Notes under the pieces: generated by a model
What the model saw: the letters and a program-made list of their open reading frames with translations, nothing else
Database searches by the model: none
What the model was told of the DNA's origin: nothing
Made by a program: the position numbers and the translations under genes
DNA from: a candidate division WOR-3 bacterium
GTDB lineage: Bacteria; Hydrothermota; Tepidihabitantia; SM23-42; CAYGYG01
Length of the DNA: 33,982 nt
Assembly (NCBI GenBank): GCA_965648915.1
Contig: CBFGIV010000024.1
Coordinates: 1 to 33,982, forward strand
Reading direction: 5' to 3'
Shown here: piece after piece, positions 32,653-33,982 of the stretch
Position numbering within the stretch: the stretch's first letter is position 1
Layout of the letters: every line of letters starts with the position of its first letter

Positions 32653-33982
32653 CTACTTCAAGAGAATTATTTTCTCTGTAGCCTTGTAGTCAGGTGTTGC
32701 CATCCGCACGAGATAAACTCCGTTAGGTAAGGGCTGGCCTTGGTCATCACAACCATTCCACTTTATCGAATGAACACCAGATGGCTTGTAACTGTCAATC
32801 AGATTTCGCACTAAACGCCCCATCGCATCGTAGATTTTCAAAGAGATTTTACCTTCATTAGCAAGAGTATACCTTATCAGAGCAGTTTTAGCAACGGGAT
32901 TTGGAGATATCTTTTGCAGAGCAGTTCTTAGCAGGAATGACTGTGTTTCGGCCGATCGTGTTCCGCCTTGCGCATAACCACCTTCTTTTGTCGTTTTCTT
33001 TTTCTCAAACTGATAGACTCTGAGATAAGCAATAGGGACATACTCGCCAGTGACTTTTTCTACTCGAAGATTGACTATTCTGTCATATTTATAAGTAGTC
33101 TCTGGTAACCAAAACTGGAAAGTGTCCCAGGTTCCTGAGGTGAAACTTACCGTCCTTACAGACATATTATCGGCTGTGAATTTCGTACTCCATTGTCCTG
33201 TCTTCTCGTGGTAGGGCACAGCAATTACCTTATAGAGGAATTTAGGATTAGGGCAGTGAAGTTTGTAGATGAGAGCAGTTGAATCGTAGTCAGCCCAGAT
33301 TTTGCGGGTTGGCCAGTAAGTCCTTCCTTTTCTTCTTATTGTATATTGGGATAGTGCTGAATCGCCTACCGGGATACTGTAGAAGCAAACATAGGGGTCA
33401 GGACCATAGTCAAATCCGCCGGTTGATCTTAATCTAACCTCATAGGCATCGGCATAAAGACTCTCGGTCCAGCAGGTATAGAGTGTTGGCAGACCCACAA
33501 TATTCTGATAGAAGTTCGAATGGCCAAACCAGGAACGATTTGGCGTTTCGCTCAGGTTTCCAACCTGATGGGTAGTTCTATTCCAGTAGTAGATTTCAAA
33601 GTTACTGTTATCGACTTTTTCTGACCAGACAGTAAATTCACCAGAAGCACAGACAGGGAAAACCGAAGAATCTGAAGAGGGGTATGGATCGTAGTAATTC
33701 CAGAATCCTGGAGGGTCAAATATCCACCGTGATGCCCGTTTGACATCAAGATTTTGCGATGATAATTCCTCTGACCAGTGGACGAAGACCGAATCACCAT
33801 AGCCTTCACAGTGCGGATAGACTGAGGGCACATTGGGACTTAACCAAACATTATAAATCGGTGACCAGATGCCAGAAACATCTCGGTAACGGTAATATGT
33901 TTCACCCAGTCCGGTCATCTCATCTGCCCTTTGCCAGGCAACATGGAGTTGATTAAACATATCAGCACTGATTGAAGGCGAC
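32653..33982 (-). CDS. 5'-truncated secreted repeat protein with T9SS/FlgD-like CTD
   Basis: Frame stays open to the window edge (SPSISADMFNQLHVAW...). CTD SPNP...IYDAMGR...WNGCDDQGQPLPNGVY...KIILLK. Confidence 0.8.
   Translation of the reverse strand, partial: SPSISADMFNQLHVAWQRADEMTGLGETYYRYRDVSGIWSPIYNVWLSPNVPSVYPHCEGYGDSVFVHWSEELSSQNLDVKRASRWIFDPPGFWNYYDPYPSSDSSVFPVCASGEFTVWSEKVDNSNFEIYYWNRTTHQVGNLSETPNRSWFGHSNFYQNIVGLPTLYTCWTESLYADAYEVRLRSTGGFDYGPDPYVCFYSIPVGDSALSQYTIRRKGRTYWPTRKIWADYDSTALIYKLHCPNPKFLYKVIAVPYHEKTGQWSTKFTADNMSVRTVSFTSGTWDTFQFWLPETTYKYDRIVNLRVEKVTGEYVPIAYLRVYQFEKKKTTKEGGYAQGGTRSAETQSFLLRTALQKISPNPVAKTALIRYTLANEGKISLKIYDAMGRLVRNLIDSYKPSGVHSIKWNGCDDQGQPLPNGVYLVRMATPDYKATEKIILLK

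Noticed and set aside
2298..33956. Numerous 60-154 aa antisense or out-of-frame ORFs in the track
   Set aside because: Nearly all lie within or overlap well-supported genes and show no recognisable motifs; treated as shadow ORFs.

Overview
Bacterial chromosomal window with canonical sigma70-type promoters and AGGAGG ribosome-binding sites. Several proteins carry T9SS-like C-terminal sorting domains, which suggests an FCB-associated lineage such as candidate division WOR-3 (taxonomy is inference only). From left to right: DUF167/YggU, an HExxH hypothetical protein and an adenylate cyclase-STAND ATPase-TPR protein on +. A minus-strand housekeeping run follows (in transcription order ino1, tmk, S41 protease, purL, stand-alone LigD phosphoesterase, ThrRS-domain nucleoside kinase). 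Next is a two-gene operon encoding a 1830-aa Kelch + 12 Ig-like repeat surface protein and a PorV-like barrel fused to an OmpA peptidoglycan-binding domain. Then come PASTA-PASTA-rpe-ffh-thioredoxin, tatA plus tRNA-Ser(GGA) with a duplicated 3' end, and a KP-43-like subtilase with a CTD. The window ends in a minus-strand array of secreted beta-propeller/CTD proteins containing palindromic elements, heptamer repeats and an orphan CTD tail. The most notable signals are the apparent dedicated cargo/anchored-barrel pair, very dense D-(S/T)-hydrophobic glycosylation-like sequons in the big surface protein, and a 96-bp cloverleaf palindrome apparently in frame within a signal-peptide region. No CRISPR array, integrase, transposase or reverse transcriptase was seen.
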